Shown: positions 50,680 to 63,627 of the stretch, one piece after another
Position numbering within the stretch: position 1 is the first letter of the stretch
Layout: each line of letters begins with the position of its first letter
NCBI GenBank assembly: GCA_043228905.1
Contig: JBHGNT010000017.1
Coordinates: forward strand, 7,378,001 to 7,442,000
From: Azolla caroliniana
Lineage: Eukaryota; Plantae; Polypodiophyta
Direction of reading: 5' to 3'
DNA length: 64,000 bases
Program-made: the position numbers and the translations under genes
The notes under the pieces: model-generated
What the model saw: the letters and a program-made list of their open reading frames with translations, nothing else
Databases searched by the model: none
Told to the model about the DNA's origin: nothing

Positions 50680-53600
50680 AGAAGCATTTTCGGTTGGGGG
50701 TCAGATGGAACGGCGCTCCAGAGTCGCCCACCCATGTGGTTTCTTCATTGACAAGGCGTAGCTCGATATTTTTGGTGATAAGTAGCAATTCTTCTTCGCT
50801 TGTAGCGATTTCCGGGGTTCCGCGTCTCTCCGAAATTTTCTTCGGTTCCGGATCGTCAGTTCCCCCTTTGGCTTTCCAGAACTATCGACAATTCTTTTGG
50901 AAGTGTCCCGGCGTTCCGCAATAAAAGCAAGTGGGCCTTCCCCTTGACTTCGACATCTTCCCCGATTTGTCCCGGTTTTGGGGACTCCGATTCTTGCCTC
51001 TTCCCCGGTTATGGTTATCTTCCATGACCAAGGGCTTTGGATTGGTTCAGGACTCTCCTTTCGACAAGCGTCTTCATCCAACTGTCATGATATGACAAGA
51101 TTCGAACCCATGACCTTATGTTACATGGGTCGATCCCTTGCCATTAGACTATATATTGTAATAGAAAGGATATTATTTTCATTTATTATTTCACTATAGA
51201 AAATTGATGTATATTTCCACATTTCTCTAGAACATTCTAGAAACTTCAGGAGTAGTCCTAAAAACACTATAAAAGGAGGCACAAGGCATTATTTCGAACC
51301 AAATCGGTTCAACGCCAGTCTTAAGCGTCATAGCTATTCTTGTACTTACTATTCATATAATATAATATATCTTTTGTTATCATCATTCTCTCATTCTCTC
51401 TCTCTCTCTCTCTCTGCTTCTCTCGTGAGTTCTACACCCTTTTCTCTCTCTTAGTACTAATTCGCATCTTTTAGTACTAATTCCCTCTTTGTCTTAGTAC
51501 TGTTCCTGACAGTTTGAACCAATTTTTCCCTCATCCTTTTAACCTTGCTTCCTTTCATACGAATCCTCTTATCGTCCCTAGTAAAATGGAAATTGTTAGC
51601 ACTCAAGAATACCAATATGTTTTCTTAGAGCTTCAATGCTTAAAAGAGAAGTTTGTAGCACTAGAACAAGAAAATCACCGTCTGTTGGGGGATCTCCAAA
51701 AAATAGCTTTAGAAAAACAACAACAACAACTTGAAGCAACTATTGTATTACTACAACAAGGATCAAGCGCTCAAGGGACTCACAAAGAACCCAAGATCGG
51801 ACTTCCTATGAAATTTGATGGGATGCAATAAACTTTCAGAGGTTTTCTTAATTAGGTATGCTTAGTGATTCAATTGCATCCTTCTCGATATCCCACCGAT
51901 GCATCACGAGTGGGACTAGTAGACACGCTACTTACTGGCACGGCTTTGGCATGGTTCGCACCCCTGTTAAAAAAAAACTCTCCCTTGTTAAATAATTTTG
52001 AAGGGTTTATTAGCAAGTTTAAAGACTGTTTTGGAGATACCGACATTGTTAGGACGACAATCAACAAAATCCGAAGATTGCGCCAAGGTGAGCGGCCAGC
52101 CTCGTCTTATGATGCGGATTTCCATCTTCACCCCACCGATATTCCATGGGATGACCAGGCATTAATGGAGAAATTTCGTTTTGGCCCACGTAATCATGTC
52201 TAGAATATACTCTTAACTTTCCCCGAAGAGCCAAAGTCATTGACCGAAGCGATCAGTCATGCGGTGCGGTGCGATAACCACCTTTTCGAATGAAGTTTAG
52301 AATGTCAGTTCCAGATGCCAAGGACAAGATCAGAGCCCACCTATGCCTCAGTTGTAGCAAAACCTTTTCTAAGGGAGTCATATAATGTGTCTCTAGCAAA
52401 TACTCCAACTCCAATGGAAATCGACACCACACGTCGTCGCAGACCATTATCGGAAGAGGAAAAGTAGCGACACCGAGCAAATTGAATATGTCTCTATTGT
52501 GGTGGATCAGAGCATATTGCAGTGAACTGTCCCTATAGGCCAAGAAGACAGGTAAACCAAATAGTCACTACTTCTAATTGTACTAAACCCGAGTCTATTT
52601 CAGTAGGAATATCGGATAGTCCTAATAGTACTAATAGTTCAAGCCTTTCAAACAAATTTGAAATCCTTAGTCAACTAGAAGAAGAGTTAAACGATTAAGT
52701 CTAGCCAAAATAGGAGTCGTTTGGTTGGACAACCCTAGATCTATGCAACTCATTAGTGGTTCCATTTCCTCCAAGCAAGTTAGCAATGTCTTCGTAGCTT
52801 AAGTAATGGTTAGTACTAAAAGTATTCCTCCAGTACATGTCTTAGCACTCTTAGATTCCAGAGCCAACTCTTGGTTTATGGATAGGAATTTTGCCTAAGC
52901 TCATAAGATATCCCTAAGAAAACTTTTTTACCCAGCATCTGTAGTAGTTATTGATGGTCGTCTCATTGCTTCCGGAAAAATCATAGAAGAGTTAGAGCCG
53001 ATTAAGATTGTCCTAGATAACTTGGTGTGTGTAGTATCATTTAATATAATTAGTAGTCCAAACCATCCAATTGTCTTGGGGTTATGATGGTTCGAATTAC
53101 ATAACCCATACATAGATTGGAAAACAAGAGAAATCCATGGATCTACTCATAGGATTGCAACCATTTAGCTACGTCAATTGCGTGAGGAAGTACGCAAGGA
53201 AGCAATGTTTGTGTTTGCAGTATCAATAAAACCTTCCGACACCACTAAAGAGGATTTCACAGTTCAACTTCCAGAGAAGTATCGTCATTATGCCGATGTG
53301 TTCGATAATGTACAAGCCAATATGCTTCCTCACCACCAACCATATAATTGCCCCATTGATTTACAACCGGGAAAAGAGCTACCATGGGGACCGATCTACA
53401 ACTCGTCACCAACCGAGCTAGAAGTCCTTCGAGCCTATATAGAGGAGAATTTGGCAAATGGTTTTATTCAACATTTGAAATTTCCAGCCGGCGCACCCAT
53501 TTTCTTTGTCAAGAAAAAGGATGGATCACTTCGTCTTGTCATATATTACCATGGCTTGAATAAGGTCACCATCAGGAATAGGTATGCACTCACCCTTATC

Positions 53601-56332
53601 TCAAGTCTTTTAGAACGGATTAATGGTGCAAGGTTCTTCACAAAGATTGACTTACGAGGAGCATATAACCTCATACGGATCCGATCAGGAGATGAATGGA
53701 AGACTAGGTTTCGCATCATATATGGGCACTTCGAGTATGTGGTCATGCCATTCGGTGTCACTAATGCACCAACAGTCTTCTAGCACATTGCAAATGATAT
53801 ATTCCTGAGATCTCTTGGATGTTTGTTTGATCATCTATTTGGATGATCTACTGGTTTATTCCAAGACCCAAGAAGAGCATGATTCTCATGTATTGTTAGT
53901 ACTAAAACGGCTTCGATAACATGGTCTTTATGCAAAACAAGAAAAATGTAATTTCGAGTGCAACCAGGTGGAATTTCTGGGCTATGTCATCTCCTCGGAA
54001 GGCATCTCTATGGATCTAGCTAAGGTCAAAACTGTGATAGAGTGGCAGACTCCATGTTCGTTGCGAGATGTGCAATGCTTTTTAGGATTTGCCAATTTTT
54101 ACCACAACTTTATACAGGATTACTCAAAGCTTCTTATGCCTCTCACACAGCGTACCAAGAAGGGGCAATCATTTTTTTGGTCTAAAGAAGTGGACATGGC
54201 TTTTGAGAGTCTTAAGAAGGCATTCACATCAGCTCCTATTCTAGCTCATGTTGATCCGGCAAAACCTTTCATTATTGAGGTAGACGCGTCGGATTTCGCC
54301 TTGGGTAGCATTCTTTCACAACAAGGCGATGATGAAAAGTTACATCTTGTGGCTTTCCACTCACGCAAGTTTGACGCCGCCGAAATCAACTATGAAATTC
54401 ATGATAAGGATCTACTAGCAATAGTGGACTCTTTTACGCAATGGAGGCATTTTCTAGAGGGATCTTGTCATCAAGTCACCGTATTCAGTGATCACAAAAA
54501 TCTTGCCTACTTCCAGAAAGCTCATGTATTAAATCGACGTCAAGCTCGATGGGCCCAATTCCTCACTCGTTTCGACTTCAAAATTACATGTCGTCCTGGG
54601 CAGCAGCAATGGAAGGCAGATGCGTTATCATGATGCTCATATCTAGCACCGCGTCTCAATGAGCCAGCCTTTGATAACAAAAAGCAGGTAATCCTGAGAC
54701 CGGCATGACTACAAGCAACGCGGGTTTTCGAGATGCCATTGGATTCCCACATTATCGATACCATACGTGAGGACTTGAAGACCGATGCTTTCGCCCAAGC
54801 CATTCTAGCACAAATTTACCCCTCTCGGGCATCTTGTTCACATTCGCAACAACTAGGTACGGATTATCAACAATTAGAATGTCATGATGGATTACTATTC
54901 TTTAAGAAGCTCTTGTATGTTCCTAATGGTTCTTGTCGCCTTCGAGTAGTCCAAAATTGTCATGACACGTACACAACTGGGCATTTTGTATTACTAAAAC
55001 GTTAGATTTAGTACAATGATCATTCTAGTGGCCCCATATGCGACAATTTGTCAAAGATTATGTTTGGACATGTGATACATGTTGTAGAGCAAAGATGCAA
55101 AGACATCATCCATATGGTTGATTGGAACCATTACCAATTCCAAGCAAGTCGTGGCAATCCATTTCTCTACATTTCATCACAGATCTTCCAGTTTCTAAGC
55201 GATTCGATGCGATCTTAACAGTAGTAGATCAATATACGAAGATGGCCCATTTCCTACCATGTACTAAGGAAATCACTAGTGAAGAAACCGTTGAAGTTGT
55301 CATGCGTGAGGTATGTCTGCATCATGGCCTCCCCGATAGTATCATCAGCGACCGTGGACCCCAATTCGTCTCGAAATTCTAGAAGCACCTCTTCAAAATG
55401 CTCAAGGTCACTTGTAACCTCTCCCTCGGCTACCACCCACAAACAGACGGACAAGCAGAATGAACCAATCAAACATTGGAACAATATCTTCGGTGTTTTC
55501 TAAGCTATCACCAAGGTGACTGGGTGGATATTCTCCACTTCACCGAATTTTCGTATAATAACTCTATCCACTCATCGACTAATGTTACACCATTTTATGC
55601 TCACACGGGCTATCATCCTCGGTGGTGTGTATTCGAAACTTTGGAGTTACCCACAAATCCTTGTGCAAAGGCTCATTTGGAGTGGTTACAGAAGATAGAT
55701 GCGGATTTATCTACTCATTCACAGCAAGCTCAACAAACACACAAGGATTATGCGGATCTTCATCGGCTTCCATCCAGTTTTAACATTGGAGATCGGGTAT
55801 GGCTATTACGATGACACATCAAGATTGTGCTCTACTATTTGGTCAATTGTCTAGGATATGGCCCTAGCGTGCGTACTTGGGAACCAATAAAGAATGTGAC
55901 CAATGCTCGTGCTCTTCTTGAAGACTTCCATCGTCAATATCCAGACAAACCGGTTCCTCAATCCAAAATGACTCGTAACGCTAGTCGTTTTAAAAGGAGG
56001 ATAGTGTAATAATATGGCAAGATTCGAACCCAGGACCTTATGTTACATGGGCCGAACCCTTGCCATTCGACTATATATTGTAATACGAAGAATATTATTT
56101 TCATTTATTATTACACTGTAGAAAATTGATGTATATTTCCAGATTTCTTTGGAAAATTCTAGAAACTTCAAGAGTACTCCTAAAAACACTATAAAAGGAG
56201 GCACATGGCATTATTTCGAACCAAATCGGTTCAACGCTAGTCTTAAGCGTCATAGCTATTCTTGTACTTACTCTTCATATAATATAATATATCTTTTGTT
56301 ATCATCATTCTGTCTTTCTCTCTCTCTCTCTC

Positions 56333-59206
56333 CAAAGAAAATTAGTTAAGGATAAAGAAAATTACCAAAAGCATTTGCATGACTATAAAAGGCTTATTCA
56401 AAGAAAGAGACCAATATGGGAAGTTGCTCAACAACTTCTCCAAACGCAAGAGAAAGCACATGCATGTGCTAAAATTTGGGGAAATCTAAAGGGGAAACGT
56501 GTTGAGAGTTATGATGACTTAACTCTTCATGACTTGTCTATGCATTCTAAGAATTTATATGAGTTATCTCTTGCCAGAAAGATGATGTGTTATGGTTCTC
56601 TTTCACATATGTCTCCCTTCTTTACAATTGAAGATATATGCATAAGACTTAATAAATTGGCGTCTCGAAAGGCAAGTAATCTTCAATGTATAAAAGCTGA
56701 AATGCTCAAATGAACGGGAAAGGAAGCACATATATGGATATGCGATATGTTTAATGATGCATTGCAACATGGTATGCCATATGATTGGACTACAAATTAG
56801 ATCAAACCTTTGCATAAAGACGGAGATGTAAATAATGTAAACAACTATCGAACCATCATGGTTGGCTCATTAATGGCAAAACTATTTGGATGTATAATGG
56901 AATCAAATATAAGTGTATGGGCAAAAAAAAATGGTAAGAGAGCTTATGGACAAGCTGGTTTTCGAAAACACCATAGCACCATTGATCATCTTGTCACTCT
57001 TCAAGTATTAATGGAGGAAAGTCACCTTAGAGGTAGAGATTTTTATTGTTGCTTTGTAGACTTCAAGAAAGCTTTTGATATAGTACCTCGTGCGCATCTT
57101 TGGAGGAAGATGGAAGAACTTGAGGTGCCAAGTGAATAAATGCTTGCAATTTCCTGAATATATGAGAAGGTTATATGTTGTGTGTGTATGAGAGATAGAC
57201 TTTCAGATTTTTTCAATAGGACTATTGGTGTTAAGCAAGGATGCCCACTCTCACCAACATTATTTGGTCTATGCATTGATGAATTAGAAGAAATGGTTAT
57301 CAAGTTTGTAAAGGAAGAATGTGTTGAAGAAGTTGCCATTGGGAATGTTGTGATTATGTTTTTGTTATATGCGGATGTAGTGCTTTTTGCAAATACTTCA
57401 GGAGATGCACAAAAGCTTATGAAGGCATTGGAAAAAATTTGCATGCATACTAGATTAAGTGTCAATAGCTCTAAAACAAAGAATATGCTTGTGAAGAGTC
57501 AAAAAAGAGATAAACCATGCATTATGTACAACAATGGGCCACTTGAATGTGTGGAAAGCTTCAAATATCTTGGCCTTAAAGTTCCTTCAAATCATAAATG
57601 GAATTAATGTGCTACACGCCGCTTAGAGGCGGGTAAGAGAGCATATTATGCATTTGAGAACACATGCAATCTTGGAGATATTAAGTGTTGGGTCCTCAAC
57701 AAATATCTTTTTGACACTTTGGTGACCCCGGTTCTTCTCTATGGGGTGGAAGTATGGGGCGGTAGCATCCCTAAATCTCCGTGGAAAGAGTTTGAAAATG
57801 TCCAAAAACATTTTCTTACAAAGTTTCTACAAGTTAAGAAACAAATGCCCTACACCCTCCTCCTTGAGACAAGATCGCTTCCCATTGAGATCATGGCCAT
57901 GGAAAGGGTTGTTGAATATGTTGTACATTTTAGGGTTAGGGTTACTAATAATGATAATGAAGATATACATAGTGTTAACGGCGATGCTGGTAATGAATGT
58001 TGATGATGATGGAGATGATTTAAGATTGCGGGATTGATGATAATAATGAAGATAGGAATAGGTTTAACATTCATGGTAGATTGATAATGTATGTGTGATG
58101 ATGATGGTGAGAGATCATGAAGAGCAAGACAAGCATTGAGGGGTGGGGGGTGGTGCCTAGAATGGCTCCACCCCCGTCCCAAGGGGGTTCAACATAAGGG
58201 GAGAGAGAGAGAGAGAGAGATAGAGAAATGGTTATTGTATTCATTCAATCCCCATAAGGGGTAAAATAGGTACAAAGGGTAGATACACAAGTGCAAGCCC
58301 CTTTGGCATTCACACCTAGTCCCTCACTCACACCTCTTTGTATCTACCACACTCACACTTACATTCACACTCATAATCGTATAAAATCACACATACATAT
58401 CCACACATTACATCTTTCACCCTCACTTATCACACTTATGAATCACCCGTACATCTCGTACGGTAACACAATACATGCTAAAGGTTCAAAAAAGCCCCTC
58501 ACATCGACTTCCTAGAATTGCATGGGAAGCAATGCAAAAAGATCCAAAAGATGCATAAAAGCAAATTTTTGTGTTCTGATTGGATGCAAGATTTAGAAAA
58601 ATGGTTTGGTAGATGGGATGCAAGACACATGCTTCATGATGTGTCACTAGATTCCTCTGTAAATGAGGCCTTTTTGCAACGCCAATGTATCGTAACATGG
58701 GACAAATGTGGTGGCTCACGCTTCACACATTATACTACAAATGTTGCACCTAACTACAAAACCATAATCTTCACGGAACGGGGAAGCTGTACACATTGAT
58801 ACATGTTAGAGCCCATCCCGATATCTGCCATTCGAACCATTGCTTCCATGCGACTTAGCTCGCATGCATTGAGATGTGAGATGGGGTGTTGGGGCACAAG
58901 TGATGAGAGTGGCTGACTATGCACACTTTGCCCTAAACAAGTTCGAGAGTCTGAGTATCACACTTTGATACAATGGTTTGCCTTTGATCATATTTGACCA
59001 TGCTTTCCACATCTCTTCGATCAAGCTCAATCCTTGCACGAATTTCTCTCACAACCACGATGTGCACTCTCGATTGCAACATACATTGGTAAAGTTCTTG
59101 AACATTGAGAGTCACTACTCAACTTCACATTTATCACGTGAAATGTAATATTTTTGGTCTCATAGGTCATCTTTGACCTCTAAAAACGATAATATAATCT
59201 ATCTAT
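56333..59206 (+). mobile_element. 5'-truncated, decayed non-LTR retrotransposon (RTEX-like LINE) inserted in the (CT)n tract of the LTR
   Basis: RT motifs NNYRTI, QAGFRKHHSTIDHL, FVDFKKAFD, GVKQGCPLSPTLF, LLYAD(-)V and FKYLG; C-terminal RLSSHALRCE.G.W...LCTLC...ESEYH motif; 3' stem-loop and (ATCT)n tail. Clade assignment is from motif recall. Confidence 0.9.
57919..58468 (-). mobile_element. Solo LTR of family K inside the LINE
   Basis: TGTT...TAACA ends; TSD GAATA/CAATA; removal rejoins the LINE frame ERVVEY|MLKVQKSPSHRLP. Confidence 0.88.
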
Positions 59207-60372
59207 CTCCTTCTCTCGTGAGTTCTACACCCTTTTCTCTCTCTTAGTACTAATTCGCATCTTTTAGAACAAATTCCCTCTTTGTCTTAGTACTATTCCT
59301 GACACCAGCAAGCTTGATTTTACCCTTGACAGGGACAATTGTTTTCCTTCCGGCCCGACATTGCCCAAGGTGACAACTAGCATCTCCCAACTATCCGGGA
59401 GGGAATCGAGCAGTAGCAACGCAAGTACCTCGTTGGCTAGAGGTACTTCCAGCGAGGTGCCTTGATTTATGAACCCCTGGAATGCATTCATGTGCTCCGC
59501 CATGCTAGATCCGTCCTAGTACTGGAGTCTCACTAGCTTCCGAAATACCGAAACCCAATTTATGGCGTATTTACTCTCTAGCATGGTACTCATCTTCACC
59601 CAGAGCACATGAGCCTTACTTTCTTCATTAAAGTTTTTGTACAAGCTCATGTCGATGAAGCATCTAATGTATGTCGTCGTCTTCATATGCATCACCTCCC
59701 ACATCGTGGCATCGATCTTGTCCAGCCTCTTGTCTCCAAATTGTACCGGCAACCAAAGATCTTTGACCACAAGCATGTCCCTCATCTTTGACTTCCACAC
59801 TGGATAGTTGGAGCCGGTGAGCTTGAACATGCTTTCGAATGACTCTTCCATCTGTTGCTCACTCTGATACCAGTTTGAAAGGAAATGAAGCTCGACCACA
59901 ACCGAGTTTCAAACTTACAATGGAAGATAACAGAAAAAAGATAGACACAAGATGTTAACGTGGAAAACCCTAATGGGAAAAAGCACAGGAGCCCACAGAC
60001 TCCAACTATGACTATAAGAAGAGGATCCAATGCGAGTCTTAGAGGCAAAGACCTCGAGCCCTATGTCTTCAACAACCGACGGTTACAACAAAAAACTTTC
60101 TGTATCTCGCGTTCTCTCTGTGTCTATACAACAATGGTTCCCAACACACATCTATATCATATAAGGGATTGCCCTTAGTCATATTTATACTTATATGACT
60201 TTAGGACTATTTACAAATATGGCCATGATAGGCACTCTAGAAACATATTTACAGATATGTCCCTGGATCCAGTTCACACGGGATACCTTCCGGATTTGTC
60301 CACTCCGGTTCCTTCCTTCGGCTCGTCTATCATCCCGATCCCATCTAGAGGGACCGAATTCCCAACAAATCA

Positions 60373-61140
60373 GAGGCACACGCTCGAGGTGCCTCTTAGG
60401 TATCGAAGTATCTGGTTTATTGCAATCCAATGCTCTCTGCCTGGATTGCTCATGAATTGGCTAACAACTCTGACTACTTATCCAATGTCCGGCCTAGTAC
60501 ATACCATCGCGTACATCAGGCTTCCGATTGCTGAGGCATTGGGGACCTTACTCATCACAACTTTCTTTGTTTTCGTCCTTGGACATTGTCTCCCAGATAG
60601 GTTGTTGTTGGTCGGCACGTCGAGCCGATTGGTTTTGCACTTTCCATGTTGAACCTCAAGAGCACTTGTGTCACATACTTCTCCTTTGATAACCACAATA
60701 ATTTCTTTGTCTAGTCCCAAACAATGAGCATTCCCAGGATCTATCTTGCCAAACCTATATACTTCATTGAGAATGACCTGCTAAAGGCCTTCATGAGCAT
60801 TTCGATCTTGATATGGTCTCATCCGACAATCAACATGTCGACAGATACAACAGGAGGACAAGGAAGTCTCCTCCGTCAAACTTCTTCTCAAACACGCAAT
60901 GGTCGACCTGTGTTTTGTCATACCCCTGGTCGGTCATGAAGGATTCGAAGTGTTGGTACCATTGTCGGGGAACTTGGTTCAGTCCATAAAGGCTCTTCCT
61001 CAACGAGCATACCAGGTTCTCCTTCCCTTTCTCCATGCATCCTTCCGGTTCCTGGATGATATTTCTTCTTCAAGGTCTCCATGGAGGAAGGCCGTCTTGA
61101 CATCCAGTTGTTCGACTTCTAGATCCATGCTGGGAGCTAT
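60373..61140 (-). pseudogene. RT fragment of copia F (host of element D)
   Basis: EQLDVKTAFLHGDLEEEI, SLYGLNQVPRQWY and GSLMYAMVCTRPDIG motifs; joined by a deletion to a different copia at about 61140. Confidence 0.85.
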
Positions 61141-63627
61141 GCTTACCGGACTATTTGGACCCTTCCAGATGAATAAGGAAGAGTCGGACTTCGAGGTCAC
61201 AAACCCCATCTTATGCAACTAGTGCGTTATCTTTGAATCCCACACACGGGGGGCTTGCTTCAAGCTGTAGAGAGACTTCTTGAGTTGGCACACTGTGGAC
61301 TTGTTCATCTCCGACTACAAATCTGGGGGGCTGAATCATGTAGAGTTGTTCTTCAGGGTTGCCTTGAAGAAATGCAAATTCTTCACGTCGATTTCGTGAA
61401 GATGCCACCCCCTTGCCGCAATGACTGCCAACACGACATGAACTGTCTTCATCTTTGCTACTTGAGCGAAGGTCTCATCGTAGTCGATTCCGTGGGTCTC
61501 CACATATATTTTGGCCACTAACTAGGCCTTGTACCGATTGATCGAACTGTCAGGATTGTACTTCACCTTGTATACCCACTTGCAGCCGATCGGTTTGCAA
61601 TATCGAGGAGGGTCAACCAGGTCCGATGTGTCGTTGGCATAGAGTGCCCACATTTCTTCTAGGCTCCATTGCGGCACACCAGTTTGCATCTTTCTCCGCT
61701 TTTGCATAGCTCTCCGGCTCATGCATTTCTGTCACTTTCTTCATGTATGCATAGTGATGCGCCATGTACTCATTATACCCATACCACTGTCGCGAAAATA
61801 CAACATGGACACGTGAATTGGAGGCAGGACCCCGGCCCAAGGCCTCTGACCAGAGGATATCAAATTCGTGTGTTTTTATATTAAGAATTAACCGATATGA
61901 ACAAGTTTGATCAATTTTATTAATAAAGAAAAGAAAAATTACAATCTATCCCAAGATTAGGATTACAAAAGTTTTAGCTTACTAAGGTTAATAGATTAAG
62001 GTTTATGAAATATGGCTTAGATAAAATAATAATTTAGGGATTATCCAAAAGATAGCTTAGATAAGAAATTTTAGGGTTTTTGAGAGATATGGCTTCCGTA
62101 AGTAAAATAGGGTTCATGGCTTCCGTAAAGAAATTAAGGTTTTTGGCTTCCGTAAGGAAATTAGGGTTTTTCCCCAAAATATGGCTTCGATCAAAAAATT
62201 AGGGTTTTTTTTTCCACTCGGTCGTCGTACGGTTCTGGTTTGATCGTCGGTTCGCATCCGCCGGTTCTGTCCGGTCTGGTTCCAGTTCCATATGGGTTGG
62301 TTCCGTCGTCGTCCTTCAATCTAGCCCGGTTCGATCGTCGTTTGGTCAGATTCCGCTTCTGTCTTCGTCCGGTCGCCATCTGGTTCCATCACCGTCTGGT
62401 TCCGATTCCGGTCACCATCCAGTTTAGTCACCAGTTCCGTCTGGTTGCCAGTTCCAGTTCCGTCACCGGTTCCGCCAACTTAATCATATCCATCCATCTA
62501 GACAAAGTGGCCCAAGTCCAACCATTTCTTTTGTTCTCTTAACGCATAGATGAAAAACTAATGGTTCTCAATCTCCTTAGATAGTTGGATCCTAAAGTTT
62601 CCTATCTATGTGGGATATTTCACGATTCTATTTTCTTTATCTTCTCAAACTTCATATTCACAGAACTTGATATGTAGTTGTCCATTTTATATGTAGTAAA
62701 ATGCGTTTTAAAGCTCTTGAATATGTCTATCTATTTACACAAAGCTACTAATCAAATCTAAAATAATTATTTCATTATATTTATTTTTTTACATAGTGTT
62801 TGAAGAATCACATGACACCGCTTCACAGGATTCTTTTAGCAAGTCGGCCAACGTAACTTCTCGTTAGCCGATTTAAGGGCCCTCTTGGCCAACTCGGACT
62901 TCGTCTCCAAAGGTCCTTCCTCGTTCTTCCTAGTGTCAGATTTATACTGATCCAACTTGTCTCTACTAGTGTCGTATTCCAACATGTTCTTCTTCCCTTC
63001 TCTTTGTCATGAACTGTCTCCTCAGTTCCTTGCATAGGGAGAGCACGACGGAGTCTCCACTACTCGTTGGCTCATCATCGGATTGGTTGATCCGACTCGG
63101 TCGCTCATTTGACCCACTTAACTGAAATGAGATTGGACTCTCTTTTTGAGCTCCAGTTTCTTCTTCGTCTAGAGGCATTCTAGGATCATTGGCCTCATCC
63201 TCCATGATCGGGTAGTCAAAATTATCAGGTTTCATAGTCGGATTCGATAAGGAGTACCATGATGCCGACTAATCAAACTCAAAATCTTGGCTTACTCGAA
63301 CATGTTTTGTTTGGGGGTTATAATACTTATAACCCTTATGTTCGTGTGAGTAGCAGACCAAAATGCACTTCTTTGACTTTGGGTTCAGCTTCCTCTCCTT
63401 CTCATCCGATACATGCACATAGGCTATGCTACCAAATACCTTCAGCAGTCTTAAGTTCGGCTTCTACATGAAATACAGCTCATCTACTGATGCCTTCTCC
63501 CCGATCCGGTTTTGGATATAGACGTCTATACTGACCACTTCGGCCTAGTAGAACTTGGCCATCCTCTTCTCCACCAGCATTTCCCGTGTCGCTTCCAAAA
63601 CTGATTGGTTCTTTCGTTCGGTTACGT
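61141..63627 (-). pseudogene. INT-RT fragment of an E-family copia (G)
   Basis: CKPIGCKWVYKVKYN, HGIDYDETF and YMAHHYAYM motifs, collinear with element E at 18270-20140. Confidence 0.85.
61788..62817. mobile_element. 1030-bp TGTCGCGA-terminated insertion with 4-bp TSD (CCAC/CCGC)
   Basis: Ends TGTCGCGAA...CATGACA; removal restores the copia linker NPVKRYGYNEY; interior has TTAGGGTTT and CCGGT-rich simple repeats. Confidence 0.8.

Larger units (their letters stand above)
51083..59304 (+). mobile_element. Ty3/gypsy chromovirus 2 (relative of chromovirus 1) inserted in D gag; 3' LTR split by a LINE
   Basis: 5' LTR 51083-51511; 3' LTR 56005-56332 plus about 59207-59304; TSD CCAAC/CCAGC; degenerate gag from 51586, PR, RT, RH, INT and chromodomain (YLVNCLGYGPSVRTWEP). 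Confidence 0.94.
12413..60367 (-). mobile_element. Ty1/copia element D (Tnt1/Tork-like), expanded to 48 kb by nested insertions
   Basis: Perfect TSD AATCA (12408-12412 and 60368-60372). 5' LTR 59876-60367 with PBS TGGTATCAGAG; 3' LTR split 12413-12728 plus 22261-22435. Domains are collinear on the minus strand: gag 59310-59850 and 50685-51082, PR 44550-45870, INT 28700-29389, RT 27144-28400, RNase H 22440-22781. Confidence 0.92.

Noticed and set aside
62030-62210. Telomeric array
   Set aside because: Only scattered TTAGGGTTT telo-box-like motifs inside an insertion, not a continuous TTTAGGG array.
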